This document shows positions 41,356-51,056 of a stretch of DNA of 64,000 bases, piece after piece. The stretch comes from Phycisphaerae bacterium (lineage in GTDB: Bacteria; Planctomycetota; Phycisphaerae; UBA1845; Fen-1342). The position numbers were made by a program, and so were the translations under genes. The first letter of the stretch is position 1. Every line of letters begins with the position of its first letter. The stretch lies in assembly GCA_050115495.1 (NCBI GenBank), contig JASFQK010000009.1, positions 32,001 through 96,000 on the forward strand, in the 5' to 3' direction. Below the pieces are notes generated by a model. It was not told the DNA's origin. It made no database searches and saw only the letters and a program-made list of their open reading frames with translations.

Positions 41356-41952
41356 TCAGGTTGTGCCCCTGCGCCCAAGGACCTGCCCCTTGATTTTCGA
41401 CCTGGTGGTCTGGTCTTCGTAGTTCTCGTAGACGTATTTCAGCAAGGCACGAAGCGGAATCCTCTGAAGACGGCTCTTGAATTCGCGCATGAGACCTTTC
41501 TGCTCGACGGTCAGCAGGCCGTATAGGTCCGCAGCGAACGCCGCTCCCTTTGGCGAGAGGCGAAAGACTTGTTCGTCGTACTCGGAGACGGACGACTCGG
41601 CGGTATCCGCCCGCGACATCGCCAGCCAGCGCTCCCATTCCGCCGCACACTCGGGCAAGGTGTCTTCCTGAGAATCTTCTCGCTCGATGAACCCGTGCAA
41701 CTCGAAGAACGTCAGATCGTCATAGACGTCGCGAGAAAAGGGGCCGAAATCCCAAGCGAAGAATTGGTAGAAATTCTCACTGTCTATCCTGATGTTGGCA
41801 CGGAAGCGAACTAGAGCCTCTTCTCGGAAGAGAAACAGCATCTTCATAAGCCGGGTGCGGCCCGTGATTGGCTCATTGGTCTGCTCGGAGCGTCCCGGCG
41901 AATACAGCAGAAGGAGCAAGATATCCCGTCGATTGTCGATGCGGCGCGCCAC
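41356..41952 (-). CDS. YwgA/Panacea(DUF4065)-like winged-helix protein
   Basis: GRTRLMKMLFL...YQFFAWDFGPFSRDVYDDL...GFI...FRLSPKG; GTG start after GGAGG. Confidence 0.6.
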   Translation of the reverse strand: MARRIDNRRDILLLLLYSPGRSEQTNEPITGRTRLMKMLFLFREEALVRFRANIRIDSENFYQFFAWDFGPFSRDVYDDLTFFELHGFIEREDSQEDTLPECAAEWERWLAMSRADTAESSVSEYDEQVFRLSPKGAAFAADLYGLLTVEQKGLMREFKSRLQRIPLRALLKYVYENYEDQTTRSKIKGQVLGRRGTT

Positions 41953-42584
41953 GACGTGCCAACCTCCATACTGCGCGAGCCAACAACACCGGCACCAACG
42001 CGGGGGCTTCGGCGCTACACACAGCCTGCGCACCGCGCGGGGGCAACTTGGCCGACCGTCGACTGCGAATAGTACCGCGGGACTGGCACCAAGTCCAAGG
42101 CGTCTTCCGCAGGGCCTTGACGGCCTGTGAAAGAACGCTCGACCCGGACGCGGCCCCAAACCGACTCTCGGCGTGTCAGAACCAGTCCCCGCGAAGGAGG
42201 CTCGCGGCCTCACTTGAACGATCTGGAGCGGCGCGCGTGGGACCGTGTTGGCACACGGCCTTGCCCACAGACAAGCCACGGGCTGAATCGCACACCGTGG
42301 CTGGGTAGCCCCAGGCGGCCTTCCGCGTGGCCCGTGCCTGGAGGTCCGGCATGGGTCGATGCCGGCATTCGCGCTGTCGGCCGGCCCGGTAGTCTGGCGC
42401 AGCGTCGCCCGGGCATATGCTCAGAGACAGCGGCGCGTCAGGACGATCCTGGCGCCGCACTGCGTGGACCGCAGGCCATACACAGAGACGGGCGGCCAGC
42501 GTGATGCTGACCGCCCGCGAGTTCTAAGACAACAAGCGCCGGCCGCCGGGCTTCAGTGCCGGGCGGGCGGAGGTCGCCGGCCGA

Positions 42585-43511
42585 TCAGCAGCCGCGCCGG
42601 CGAGAGAACGCCAGGGCCAGGCCACTCACGACGAGCAGCATGGTGCCCGGCTCGGGAACGGAGCAGGACAAGGCAATCTGGTCGTTGCCGCAACTGGCGG
42701 CGGTGTGCAACGCGATGTCGAAGGTGGCATCGGTGGAGAGCTGGCTGAGGTCGATGGACCAGGTCTCGAGGTACCAGGTGCGGTTACTGTCGATGATCGT
42801 GGCGTAGGTCAGGCCGGCGTCTCCCAGGTCGTCGCCGCCCTCGGCGAAGGCCCGCATGTCCAGGCCTACGGGGGCATTGCTCGCGGTGTAGGCGCCCTGG
42901 CCACCGGTGAGGGTGACATCGCCGTCGCCGAGCAGGGCCACGAGGTGACCTTCGAGGCTGGTGTCGCCCGTGCCGCCGAAGAGGTGGAACTCCTGGGCGT
43001 CGGCGAAGTGGCCGCCGTTCAGGGAGATCGGGTCGCCTTCGCTGTTGCGGGCCCAGGTGTTGAGCAAGGCGAAGTGGCTGATGCCGTCACTGTCGGAGAC
43101 GGTGACGAAGAGGTCGCCCTCACCGTACCAGGCGCCCCAGCCGTTGTGGTAGTAGCCGGCGTGGGGATCGAGGGCGGTGGCCAACTGGAGAACGAGCGCA
43201 CCGTCGACGACCTGGGCGCCGAGGACGCCCTGGTCAAACGCCAGGCCGGTCGAACCGCCGGGGCTGGGCACCTGGCCGACGCCGCTGGGGTAGGAAACGC
43301 GGTCAGGTCCGAGTTCGGGGAAGTAGTTGCTGATGGTCGGGCCGGAGAGGGGATGGCCCTGAGCCGTGTCGTTGTAGTAAGAAGACTTGAGTCCGGAAAC
43401 GCCGATTTCCCAGGTGGCGTCGAAGCCGGAGAAGGCGTTGACCAGGTCCGCCTGCACGAGGCAGGTGCCGAGGGTAGCGACAACGAGAACGCTCAGAAGG
43501 TTGATACGCAC
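42585..43511 (-). CDS. PEP-CTERM sorting domain protein
   Basis: Signal peptide; C-terminal VPEPGT + TM + RRR. Confidence 0.88.
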   Translation of the reverse strand: MRINLLSVLVVATLGTCLVQADLVNAFSGFDATWEIGVSGLKSSYYNDTAQGHPLSGPTISNYFPELGPDRVSYPSGVGQVPSPGGSTGLAFDQGVLGAQVVDGALVLQLATALDPHAGYYHNGWGAWYGEGDLFVTVSDSDGISHFALLNTWARNSEGDPISLNGGHFADAQEFHLFGGTGDTSLEGHLVALLGDGDVTLTGGQGAYTASNAPVGLDMRAFAEGGDDLGDAGLTYATIIDSNRTWYLETWSIDLSQLSTDATFDIALHTAASCGNDQIALSCSVPEPGTMLLVVSGLALAFSRRRGC

Positions 43512-43842
43512 ACCAAGCTCCTTTCCCTATCCTGCGGCGATGTCTCGGCGAATCCCAGACACCAGCCGAAGGGTGGGTCGAGCCTGGCTGGCTGATGGCC
43601 TAGTGCCCAAACGATAGGCTCGACGCCGGCGGCATTTCCACCGCCCCCCGCAGAAAAAGTGGCAATCAATCGGCGGAAAGTCGCGGCATAAACGACAGCA
43701 AAACGAGCGTTCTCATAACAGCAGGGTTTGCGCCGGCGCGCGCGGGGATGCGGAAGGCGACGGCGGACATGCGCGGGTGGAAAGGCTGTTACGCGGACGG
43801 TTCGAAATTCTGCGTCATTGGGCGACGGTGAGTGGTTTCCGG

Positions 43843-44670
43843 TCAGCCGCGCTCCAGCACCACCGATGTGACGATGAATGCGTCGCAGATCGCGTGCACC
43901 GCCACCGCCGGCCAGACGCTACGGGTCCGGTAAGTCAGCACGCCCATCACCCAGCCGAACGTGAAGGTGAGTCCGACGCCGACCCAGCCGTTGGGAAACC
44001 CGCTGCGATAGTGCATGGTCCCGAACAGGGCCGCCTGAAAGAAGATGGCCGGCCAGACGCCGGCGACGCGTCGCGCCTCGCTCTGGAGGACAACGCGGGC
44101 CAGGAACTCCTCGAAGAGGGCGTTCGTTATCGCCACCGCTGGCACAGCCGCCAGCAGCGCGGCCGTCGACCACGGCGGCAGCATCCGGGCGAGGGCGAGT
44201 GGCCGTTCGGCAATGAAGAAGTGCCACCAGGCGAGCCCGGCGATGCTGAGCAGAGCGAAGGGAATGGTCAGCGCCCAGGCTCGGCGCGTCGTCGGCCAGC
44301 GCAGCGAGAGCTCGGTACACGAACGACCGCGCAGGAAGCGGTCGAAGGCGATCAGGGCAACGGCAATGAGCAGTTCCGGAAACGGTGTGGGCAGGTACCA
44401 GTACACACCGAAGTACTGCACCGCCAGCCGAAGCGCCCGGTAGAGCAGGACGATGTCGACCAGCTCCACGAGCGGTACCGGGAGACGTACGTAACGTACG
44501 AGGACGCTCGCCGCCGCCAGGAGCATGAACATCTGGAGTGCCCGGCCGGCGATGATATCACCGGTGGCGATCAGGGCAGTCAGGGCAATGAGCCCGATGA
44601 CGCCGACCACGGTGGAGGCTGGCCGGCGGTGCCGATTCGCCGGATTGCCCTGCGGGGCTGGTGGTGCCAT
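43843..44670 (-). CDS. CPBP (CAAX/Abi) family intramembrane metalloprotease
   Basis: EEFLAR, FGTMH and AVHAICD motifs; start 44670 or 44706. Confidence 0.85.
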   Translation of the reverse strand: MAPPAPQGNPANRHRRPASTVVGVIGLIALTALIATGDIIAGRALQMFMLLAAASVLVRYVRLPVPLVELVDIVLLYRALRLAVQYFGVYWYLPTPFPELLIAVALIAFDRFLRGRSCTELSLRWPTTRRAWALTIPFALLSIAGLAWWHFFIAERPLALARMLPPWSTAALLAAVPAVAITNALFEEFLARVVLQSEARRVAGVWPAIFFQAALFGTMHYRSGFPNGWVGVGLTFTFGWVMGVLTYRTRSVWPAVAVHAICDAFIVTSVVLERG

Positions 44671-44722
44671 CACGTCCTTCGTTCGCGGCCGCTCAGCGAC
44701 GGGCACACCGCCGCCGGCGGCT

Positions 44723-45091
44723 CTATCGCTTTGGGAGCAGCGATTTGAGCCATTCGGCCACGGTGACTTCCTTCATGTCGCGGAATTCGCCGGCGTCGAA
44801 GAACCAGCCGTAGCAGACCGTGCAGCTTTCGAAGTGAATGTGAGGCTGCCGGTGGACCGCCATCTGGATCATCGGCTCCTGGCAGACGGGGCAGAGGCGC
44901 GGGCCTTTGACCTCCCGTGCGGCAGATGCCACGGTCGGTCCCTGATCAATGGCCTCGGAGCCGGGGATCTTCCGGAGCTTCTCGGCTTCGAGGGCGTCGA
45001 ACCAGAGCCCGCCACACGCCGGGCAGCGGTCGACCTCGATGCTGGCGTACGTCACCTTCTCCATCGCGGTGCTGCATTTCGGGCAATTCAC
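44723..45091 (-). CDS. zf-TFIIB double zinc-ribbon protein
   Basis: CPKC...VDRCPACGGLWFD.LE and CPVC...CTVCYGWFFDAGE. Confidence 0.85.
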   Translation of the reverse strand: MNCPKCSTAMEKVTYASIEVDRCPACGGLWFDALEAEKLRKIPGSEAIDQGPTVASAAREVKGPRLCPVCQEPMIQMAVHRQPHIHFESCTVCYGWFFDAGEFRDMKEVTVAEWLKSLLPKR

Positions 45092-45129
45092 GGGCGACCT
45101 CCAGAACAGCTTTCATGGTCGAACATTCG

Positions 45130-47535
45130 TTACTCGTCGGTGTCGGCCGGGGCGGTCGAGGGCATCCGATCCTCGCAGACTTCGATGGCGCGGTCGAGCA
45201 GCTCGTCGCGGCCGGCGCGGACGCCGGCGAGCGTGCGGTGTGCGGGGACGGTCGGCTGGATGCCGACGCCATGGTGCGTCGAATCGTCGTGCTTGAGAAC
45301 GCGCATGCCGGTCCACGTGACCCGGTACCCGCCGGGCAGGTTGAAGGGGTTGACGTTGCCGTTCGTGCCGGCGGTCGGCTCACCGACGATCTCCGCGAGC
45401 CGGTAATGCTCGACGATGCCCATGCACGTCTCGGCGTAACTGATCGCCCGGCCATCGGTGATGAAGACAACGTTCTTCGGCAAGCGCGGTTTGGCGGGCT
45501 TCACTGGCCAGCCGGACCTGCGCCACGACCACTGCTGGCGGTCGGGGCGGGTCACGATCGGAACACACCAATTCGCGGACTGGATGGTCTCGTCGGTGAG
45601 ATGGCCGAGGACAGTCGGCGGCAGGCGACGGGGATAACCGCGCAGGTCGAAGATGATGCCGCGCGCCTGGGCCAGGTCGGGCAGGGCCGCCTGAAATTCG
45701 TCGTTGTCGACGCGGTCCATGTCGACGTACCACAGGCCGGGCTGGATCTCGGCGATCTTGTCCGGCCGCGTGCTGTGCTCGGCCAACCAGAACCCCCGGC
45801 CGGCGAAGACGAGTCGAACGGTGCGCAGTGGCTCGTCGCCGCGCTGGATGCCCAGTTCGCACTCCTGCCCATACGCCCCCCGCGACGACTCCTCACGAAT
45901 GCGCCAGCGCAGCCACTGCGGCGTGGCGGCCGAAATCAACGACTCGTGAGCGGCGATGACCTCAGCGGCGGGCCGGCCGTCAATCGTGGTGACGATGTCA
46001 CCGGGCTTGAGGTCCTGGCCCGCCGCCACTTCGGGATCGGCGGCAAGGATGACCAGTTGGTTCTCGACAATGTCCCAGGAAAGCGGCAGCCAACCCACGC
46101 TCTCCAGCATGCGACCGCTCACACGCCCATGTCCGTCGTGCAGGGCCGCGACGAGCCGCCGTAGCGTGCCGAGGAAGGCTCGTTCGTCCGGATCGGTGGC
46201 GGCGGACTTCAAGGCCGTGCGCAGCACGGCGGGCCAATCGGTCTCGACGACGTCGAAGTAGGGATAGAAGTGCTGGAAGACGTTCCAGGCCAGGATAACG
46301 TCGGCCAGGCGGACGGCCCGGTCGTTCGCCGACTGGCGACGATGCACGCCCGGAGCTTCCTCGATCGTAGCGGGCGCGGCGGCGGTGGCGCCATCGGCGG
46401 GCCCCGTGGCGGACGCGTGCGGAACCGTGCCGCCGACGCTCTTGTACACGGCCATGGGCACGATGCAGGTAACATCGCCGGGCAGATCGACGACGAGCGG
46501 TTCGTCCGGCTCGGGCAGCTCCGGGGTGTCATCCCGGCCGAAGAGCCTTCCGAAGACGTTGCTCACGCGGTGGACGCTGACGCGTTCGCTGTGGTAGACC
46601 CCGCCGGGCCGGTCCACGCCGAGCCCGCAGCCCTCGTGCCGCCAGGCGATGGCGCGGTATCCGTCGGTGTCGGGCGGCTCGGCGACGGCGGGCGGCAACT
46701 CATAGGGCTGTCCGGTGGGGACCATCTGCACGGTCGGGGCCACGTCGTGCACGACCTCGGTCAGCGCGGCGGCCAGTGCTCCCGGCGAATCGGCGGGTTC
46801 GACCGTGCGCACGGCGTCGATGGCGATGCTCGGCCAGTCGGCCGCGGCGGCCTCGTCGCTCGGGTGGAAGTAACGAACGTAGCCGAGCAGGCGCGCCAGG
46901 GCGACGAGGTTGTCGAGGCCGCGGTCGGACAGCGCTCGCGGCTCGCCGTGTACGGCCGCGCACTCCACGACGGCCAGGGCCAGGTCGTCCACCCATACCG
47001 TTCCGCCGCCGCTCAGCGAAGCCCCGAAGAGCAAGCGCTCGGCTTCCGCCGGGACTTCGAGCGTGATCTCGCACTTCGTCCAGGGGGTAGTGTGCTGGAG
47101 GCCGTACGACAACATGTTGTCGTAGATGAGCGGCCGCTCGGTATCCGCGCCGTCGATGCGGAGGAACAGGCCGGCGTAGCCGTCGTCCACGCCGTCCAGC
47201 CGCAGCCAACCAGTCAGCCGGATGCATTTGCCGCGAAAGTCGACGGCGGGCAGGATCTGCCGCAGCCGGCCGTATTCTCGGAGGTCGGCCGGCACCCCCT
47301 GCCGGCTCAGGCGGGCGCTGCGCTGGCCGCTGTGTTTGACGTCGGCATCGGCGACGACGCTGTACGCTGGGCTGACGGGGACGCCCAGTAGCGCTTCCGG
47401 CTCGTTCCACCCCGGCAGGGCCTCCCCTTCGCCCGTCTCGAATCCGCCATTTCGCACGCCCTGGCCACAGGCTGCGCCAGCCAGCAGCAGGACGAGCCAC
47501 ATCCCCCAACCCTGCCCGCGCAAAGTCCGACCCAT
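45130..47535 (-). CDS. S41 family peptidase with N-terminal carbohydrate-binding-like domain and PDZ-like domain
   Basis: NGGFE...SG..S..L CBM-like region, YVRYFHPSD, FQHFYPYF, LHDGH, IFDLRGYP, AISYAE and GEPTAGTNG. Confidence 0.85.
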   Translation of the reverse strand: MGRTLRGQGWGMWLVLLLAGAACGQGVRNGGFETGEGEALPGWNEPEALLGVPVSPAYSVVADADVKHSGQRSARLSRQGVPADLREYGRLRQILPAVDFRGKCIRLTGWLRLDGVDDGYAGLFLRIDGADTERPLIYDNMLSYGLQHTTPWTKCEITLEVPAEAERLLFGASLSGGGTVWVDDLALAVVECAAVHGEPRALSDRGLDNLVALARLLGYVRYFHPSDEAAAADWPSIAIDAVRTVEPADSPGALAAALTEVVHDVAPTVQMVPTGQPYELPPAVAEPPDTDGYRAIAWRHEGCGLGVDRPGGVYHSERVSVHRVSNVFGRLFGRDDTPELPEPDEPLVVDLPGDVTCIVPMAVYKSVGGTVPHASATGPADGATAAAPATIEEAPGVHRRQSANDRAVRLADVILAWNVFQHFYPYFDVVETDWPAVLRTALKSAATDPDERAFLGTLRRLVAALHDGHGRVSGRMLESVGWLPLSWDIVENQLVILAADPEVAAGQDLKPGDIVTTIDGRPAAEVIAAHESLISAATPQWLRWRIREESSRGAYGQECELGIQRGDEPLRTVRLVFAGRGFWLAEHSTRPDKIAEIQPGLWYVDMDRVDNDEFQAALPDLAQARGIIFDLRGYPRRLPPTVLGHLTDETIQSANWCVPIVTRPDRQQWSWRRSGWPVKPAKPRLPKNVVFITDGRAISYAETCMGIVEHYRLAEIVGEPTAGTNGNVNPFNLPGGYRVTWTGMRVLKHDDSTHHGVGIQPTVPAHRTLAGVRAGRDELLDRAIEVCEDRMPSTAPADTDE

Positions 47536-47625
47536 CGCCGTACCCTCCTTCGGCAATAACAGGGCGCACAACATCGCGCCGGTCATGCGGCTCGCGTTCC
47601 CGGCGACACGCCGGGCGCGAGGCCG

Positions 47626-48102
47626 CTACTCGACGTGTACTTCGAGCTTCTCGCGGCCGGCCAGGCGGGCGGCGTAGAAGGCGCCGATCAGCCCGCCGCC
47701 CAGGGCGAACAACGTGTCCGAGCCACCCTCGACGAGCATCTCGGGGATGTAGCGGACGAACATCGGCCAATCCACGGGTATGCCCTCCTCCGCCGACGCC
47801 TGGCTCCAGCCGTACGCGTAGACCATCACGTTGCCCGCCACCACGGAAACGACAGTCGCGACGATCGAAATGAACTGGACGAGCCACCCGCCCTTGCCGG
47901 CCGCCTTCGCCGTCGCCACGCCGATCGCGACACCGATGCCGATGGCCAGCAGCCAGAACATCATTTCGAACTTGATCGCGACGAAGGCCCAGATTGCCGC
48001 ACCGACCAGGCCGGTCACAGCAGCGGCCACGATGGCCAGCGTCACCCGCGTCGGCCTGGCGTCGTAGGCCGCCTGGGCTTCCTCGCCGGCCGCCTGCCAC
48101 AT
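47626..48102 (-). CDS. Hypothetical membrane protein (about 4 TM)
   Basis: Hydrophobic helices with GxxxG motifs; the start is uncertain (48102 or 48180). Confidence 0.6.
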   Translation of the reverse strand: MWQAAGEEAQAAYDARPTRVTLAIVAAAVTGLVGAAIWAFVAIKFEMMFWLLAIGIGVAIGVATAKAAGKGGWLVQFISIVATVVSVVAGNVMVYAYGWSQASAEEGIPVDWPMFVRYIPEMLVEGGSDTLFALGGGLIGAFYAARLAGREKLEVHVE

Positions 48103-48227
48103 GCAGGACCTGCCCCCTGCTCGCCACGAGTCTACCACGCGGGAGGGTATGAGCAACAGGGATTGCTCGGCGGGCGGCACCCCGAGAGGGTGATTTCGAT
48201 GAATGACTGGCGATCTGAGGCGGCCGG

Positions 48228-49208
48228 CTAGCGCTCGGCGACCCAGGCCAGCTCTTCCTGGCGATGCGTGCGGCTACGCTCGTGGGACCGCTTGCGAACG
48301 GCACGTTCGAGCGCGTCGAGCACGATCGTGTCGTAGCCCGCTTGCGGAGCCGCCCGCAGGCGGCGCAGCGCCACCGCGGAAGCCTCCGGCGTAGCCACCT
48401 CGTCCGCACCGAGTGCATCATCGTAGGCCCGCGCGGCGCGGATGATCTGGGCCCCCATCGGCTGCAGGACGGTCTGCACGGGCGGGGCCTGGGCGTGCGT
48501 GAGGAAGTCGCTCGCCGCATCGTCCTGGCCGGCCAACAGCGGCAGCGCACCGTCGAGCACCGAGGCAAGCGAATGCACCAATTCGGTTCCGCAGAACGTG
48601 TGCCGGCTCGGCTTGTCCTCGAGGGCGTCGAAGGCCTTGCTGAGCACCTGCGTCGTGATCTCGAGGTTGGTCAGGTCGTGCAGGAGCGCCGCCACGCGGA
48701 TGTCGTCCACCTGCTTCGGCGGCAGACCCAGCTCTTCGGCGATGACTTGGCTCAGCTCGGCAACGCGGACGGAGCGGGCCTTGACGTGCAGGTTGCCACC
48801 CTGGAGATACTTGGAGAGCACTTCGACGACACCGACGTAAGCTCTGTGCAACTCGCGGACGGTCGTGGCCCGGGCGTCACAGAGCGTCCCGACCAGAATC
48901 GCCACGAGCCCGAGGGCGCTGCCCCAGATCGTCAGCATGAGCCCCACCATCAGCGGCGAGTCGTAGGCGGCGAAGCCCGTCGCCGTCGACGTGGTGGCGA
49001 TCGTCACCACGAGCACGCAGAGCAGGGCCAGCACGCCCGTTGTGGTGCGGCCCAGGTAATAGCCGCTCAGCACGATCGGCAGGTAGAACAGGTTCAGCAC
49101 GACGCCCTTGTACGGGCCCATCATCGCGAAGAGCGCCGAGGCCCCGATCGTGGTGAGGACCAGGAACAGCTCGAGCGCCCGTCGATCCTTCGGTATTGGA
49201 CCTGGCAT
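48228..49208 (-). CDS. Membrane protein with degenerate HD-GYP-like domain
   Basis: N-terminal TMs (LFYLPIV), RSVRVA...IAEELGL...AALLHDL; HHE/GYP motifs are absent. Confidence 0.7.
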   Translation of the reverse strand: MPGPIPKDRRALELFLVLTTIGASALFAMMGPYKGVVLNLFYLPIVLSGYYLGRTTTGVLALLCVLVVTIATTSTATGFAAYDSPLMVGLMLTIWGSALGLVAILVGTLCDARATTVRELHRAYVGVVEVLSKYLQGGNLHVKARSVRVAELSQVIAEELGLPPKQVDDIRVAALLHDLTNLEITTQVLSKAFDALEDKPSRHTFCGTELVHSLASVLDGALPLLAGQDDAASDFLTHAQAPPVQTVLQPMGAQIIRAARAYDDALGADEVATPEASAVALRRLRAAPQAGYDTIVLDALERAVRKRSHERSRTHRQEELAWVAER

Positions 49209-49221
49209 GGAAGTCCTCCCG

Positions 49222-50616
49222 TCATGCCGACTGGCTGGTCACGGAGTCCTGCTCCGCGACGTCCGCGGCGGCGGCGGTCGCAGGCTGCGCCACGTCGGCG
49301 GCCGGCTCCGGCAGGAAGCGGCCGTGGATCTCGCCGGACGCGAGGTGGCGCGCGGTAATGGCCGCCATGTCGCGCTCCACCGCGCGCAGGGCGGCGACGA
49401 TTTCCGGGTCGAACTGCCGGCCGGAGCCGCGGCAGATGATCGCCATTGACTCTCTGTGCGAGACCGGCTGCTTGTATACGCGGGCCGTGACCAGGGCGTC
49501 GTAGACGTCCGCCACGGCGACGATGCGGGCAGGCAGCGGAATCTGCTCGCCCTTCAGCCCGGTGGGATAGCCGCTGCCGTCCCAATGCTCGTGGTGCCCC
49601 AGGGCGATCGCGCGGGCCATTTCGAGGAACTTGGATCCCCCCAGCCGCAGCGCGATCTCTCCCAGGCACTGGCCGGCGATCAGTGTGTGTTGTTGCATGT
49701 GCTCGCGTTCGGATTCCGTGAGCGGACCCGACTTGCGCAGCACGCGGTCCTCGATGCCCACCTTGCCGATGTCGTGCAGCACCGAGCTCAGCTCGATCAG
49801 GCGGACGAACGCCGGCGTGATTTCGGAGGCGTAGCGCGACCCGTCGCGCAGCGCCGTGGCGATCAGCGTCGAGTATGCGGCGATGCGTTCCAGGTGCGCC
49901 CCCGTCTCGTAGTCTCGCGAGCCGGCGAGCTTGCCCAGGGCGAAGACGACGGCGTCGCGGGCACGGATGACCTCCTGCGACTGGCGCAGCGCCAGCGACG
50001 CGGAACGCGCCCGCTCGTCCTGGAGAATCTCCCGGTGACGGCTGGTCAGCAGGTAGAGCGTGAGCACCAGCAAGGCCATCGTCCACAGGAACGTGATGCC
50101 GGTGACGCCCCAGAGGCCGGGCAGCGCCGTATTGGCGCCCCGTTCGATCGCGTCGCGCGACCAGTGCAGCACGAGGCGCTGCTCGCCGCCGGGACGGGGC
50201 CATACGACCGCCAGGTGCGGCACGCCGTGCACGCGCAACAGCCCGCGGGTCATCCCGGCGCTGGCGGCGGCGTCTCCCGGGGAATGTGTCGGCGCCGCGT
50301 TGTCCGGCAGCGAGGCGACGGACAGCGCGGCTCCGTCCGTGCCCGGCGACAGCGGTTTCCACTCGCGATCGACGAGGACGGCCTGGTAGCCGTCGGGCCC
50401 GTGTTCGGATGTCGCGGCGCAGCGCTCCAGCAGCGCGGCCTCACTCTCCGTCGCGGCGAGCGTGCGTGCCGCGTCTTCCAGTGTACCCCACGCCTGCTCG
50501 ACGGCGGTCCGGCGTAGCTGCGAGCCGCAAAGCTGGTGCAGCATGAAGAGCCCAACCGCCAGGCAGATGGCCTGACCGAGCACGATCAGTCCGAACTTTC
50601 GATCTCGTGTAGTCAC
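49222..50616 (-). CDS. Membrane-bound HD-GYP cyclic-dinucleotide phosphodiesterase
   Basis: RDYETGAH, LHDIGK, HHEHWDGSGYP, VADVYDAL, RVYK and QFDP motifs; two TMs flank a periplasmic domain. Confidence 0.9.
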   Translation of the reverse strand: MTTRDRKFGLIVLGQAICLAVGLFMLHQLCGSQLRRTAVEQAWGTLEDAARTLAATESEAALLERCAATSEHGPDGYQAVLVDREWKPLSPGTDGAALSVASLPDNAAPTHSPGDAAASAGMTRGLLRVHGVPHLAVVWPRPGGEQRLVLHWSRDAIERGANTALPGLWGVTGITFLWTMALLVLTLYLLTSRHREILQDERARSASLALRQSQEVIRARDAVVFALGKLAGSRDYETGAHLERIAAYSTLIATALRDGSRYASEITPAFVRLIELSSVLHDIGKVGIEDRVLRKSGPLTESEREHMQQHTLIAGQCLGEIALRLGGSKFLEMARAIALGHHEHWDGSGYPTGLKGEQIPLPARIVAVADVYDALVTARVYKQPVSHRESMAIICRGSGRQFDPEIVAALRAVERDMAAITARHLASGEIHGRFLPEPAADVAQPATAAAADVAEQDSVTSQSA

Positions 50617-51056
50617 GCCCCGTGTCCTGACAACCGGTAGTAGTCGTCACCACCCCGCCGGCTCGCCCCGCCCACACTGTTCATCGGTCCGCCGGGCGGC
50701 GTGATTCGGTGAGTTACAGGTAATTTGGCGTCCGCGATGGTCCCGAATGCAATCGCCCGCCACGTCGCGCCAGGCCGGTGTCGAGTCCCCTGGCGGGCTG
50801 ACCTTGGCCCCCGGACGGGCGCTTGTCGGTCACGATGCTTGGGGGTCGCCAGGTCCGCAAACCGGAGGCGTGTGCGGTTGCGCTACATGAGCCGGTTGTC
50901 GCAATACGTGGCTGAACCGACTGCGGCCGGCGACGTACTACAGGCGTGGTACGCATGCCACGATGGACGGAAAGTCCAGCATCAACCGAGGTTCGCGCCG
51001 CCACCTGCGGCCCTGCAACCGGAGGGGCGGCGACGTCTCCGCACGGGAAGTAATGG

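Noticed and set aside
41953..42584. Additional island gene or mobile-element end upstream of the 4-gene operon
   Set aside because: Only low-complexity Arg/Pro/Ala ORFs and one short hairpin (about 42274-42302) are present. No terminal inverted repeats or transposase motifs were recognised.
50617..51056. c-di-GMP riboswitch upstream of the HD-GYP genes
   Set aside because: No GGCAAACC..GAAA..GGACGCAAA-type GEMM pattern on the appropriate strand.
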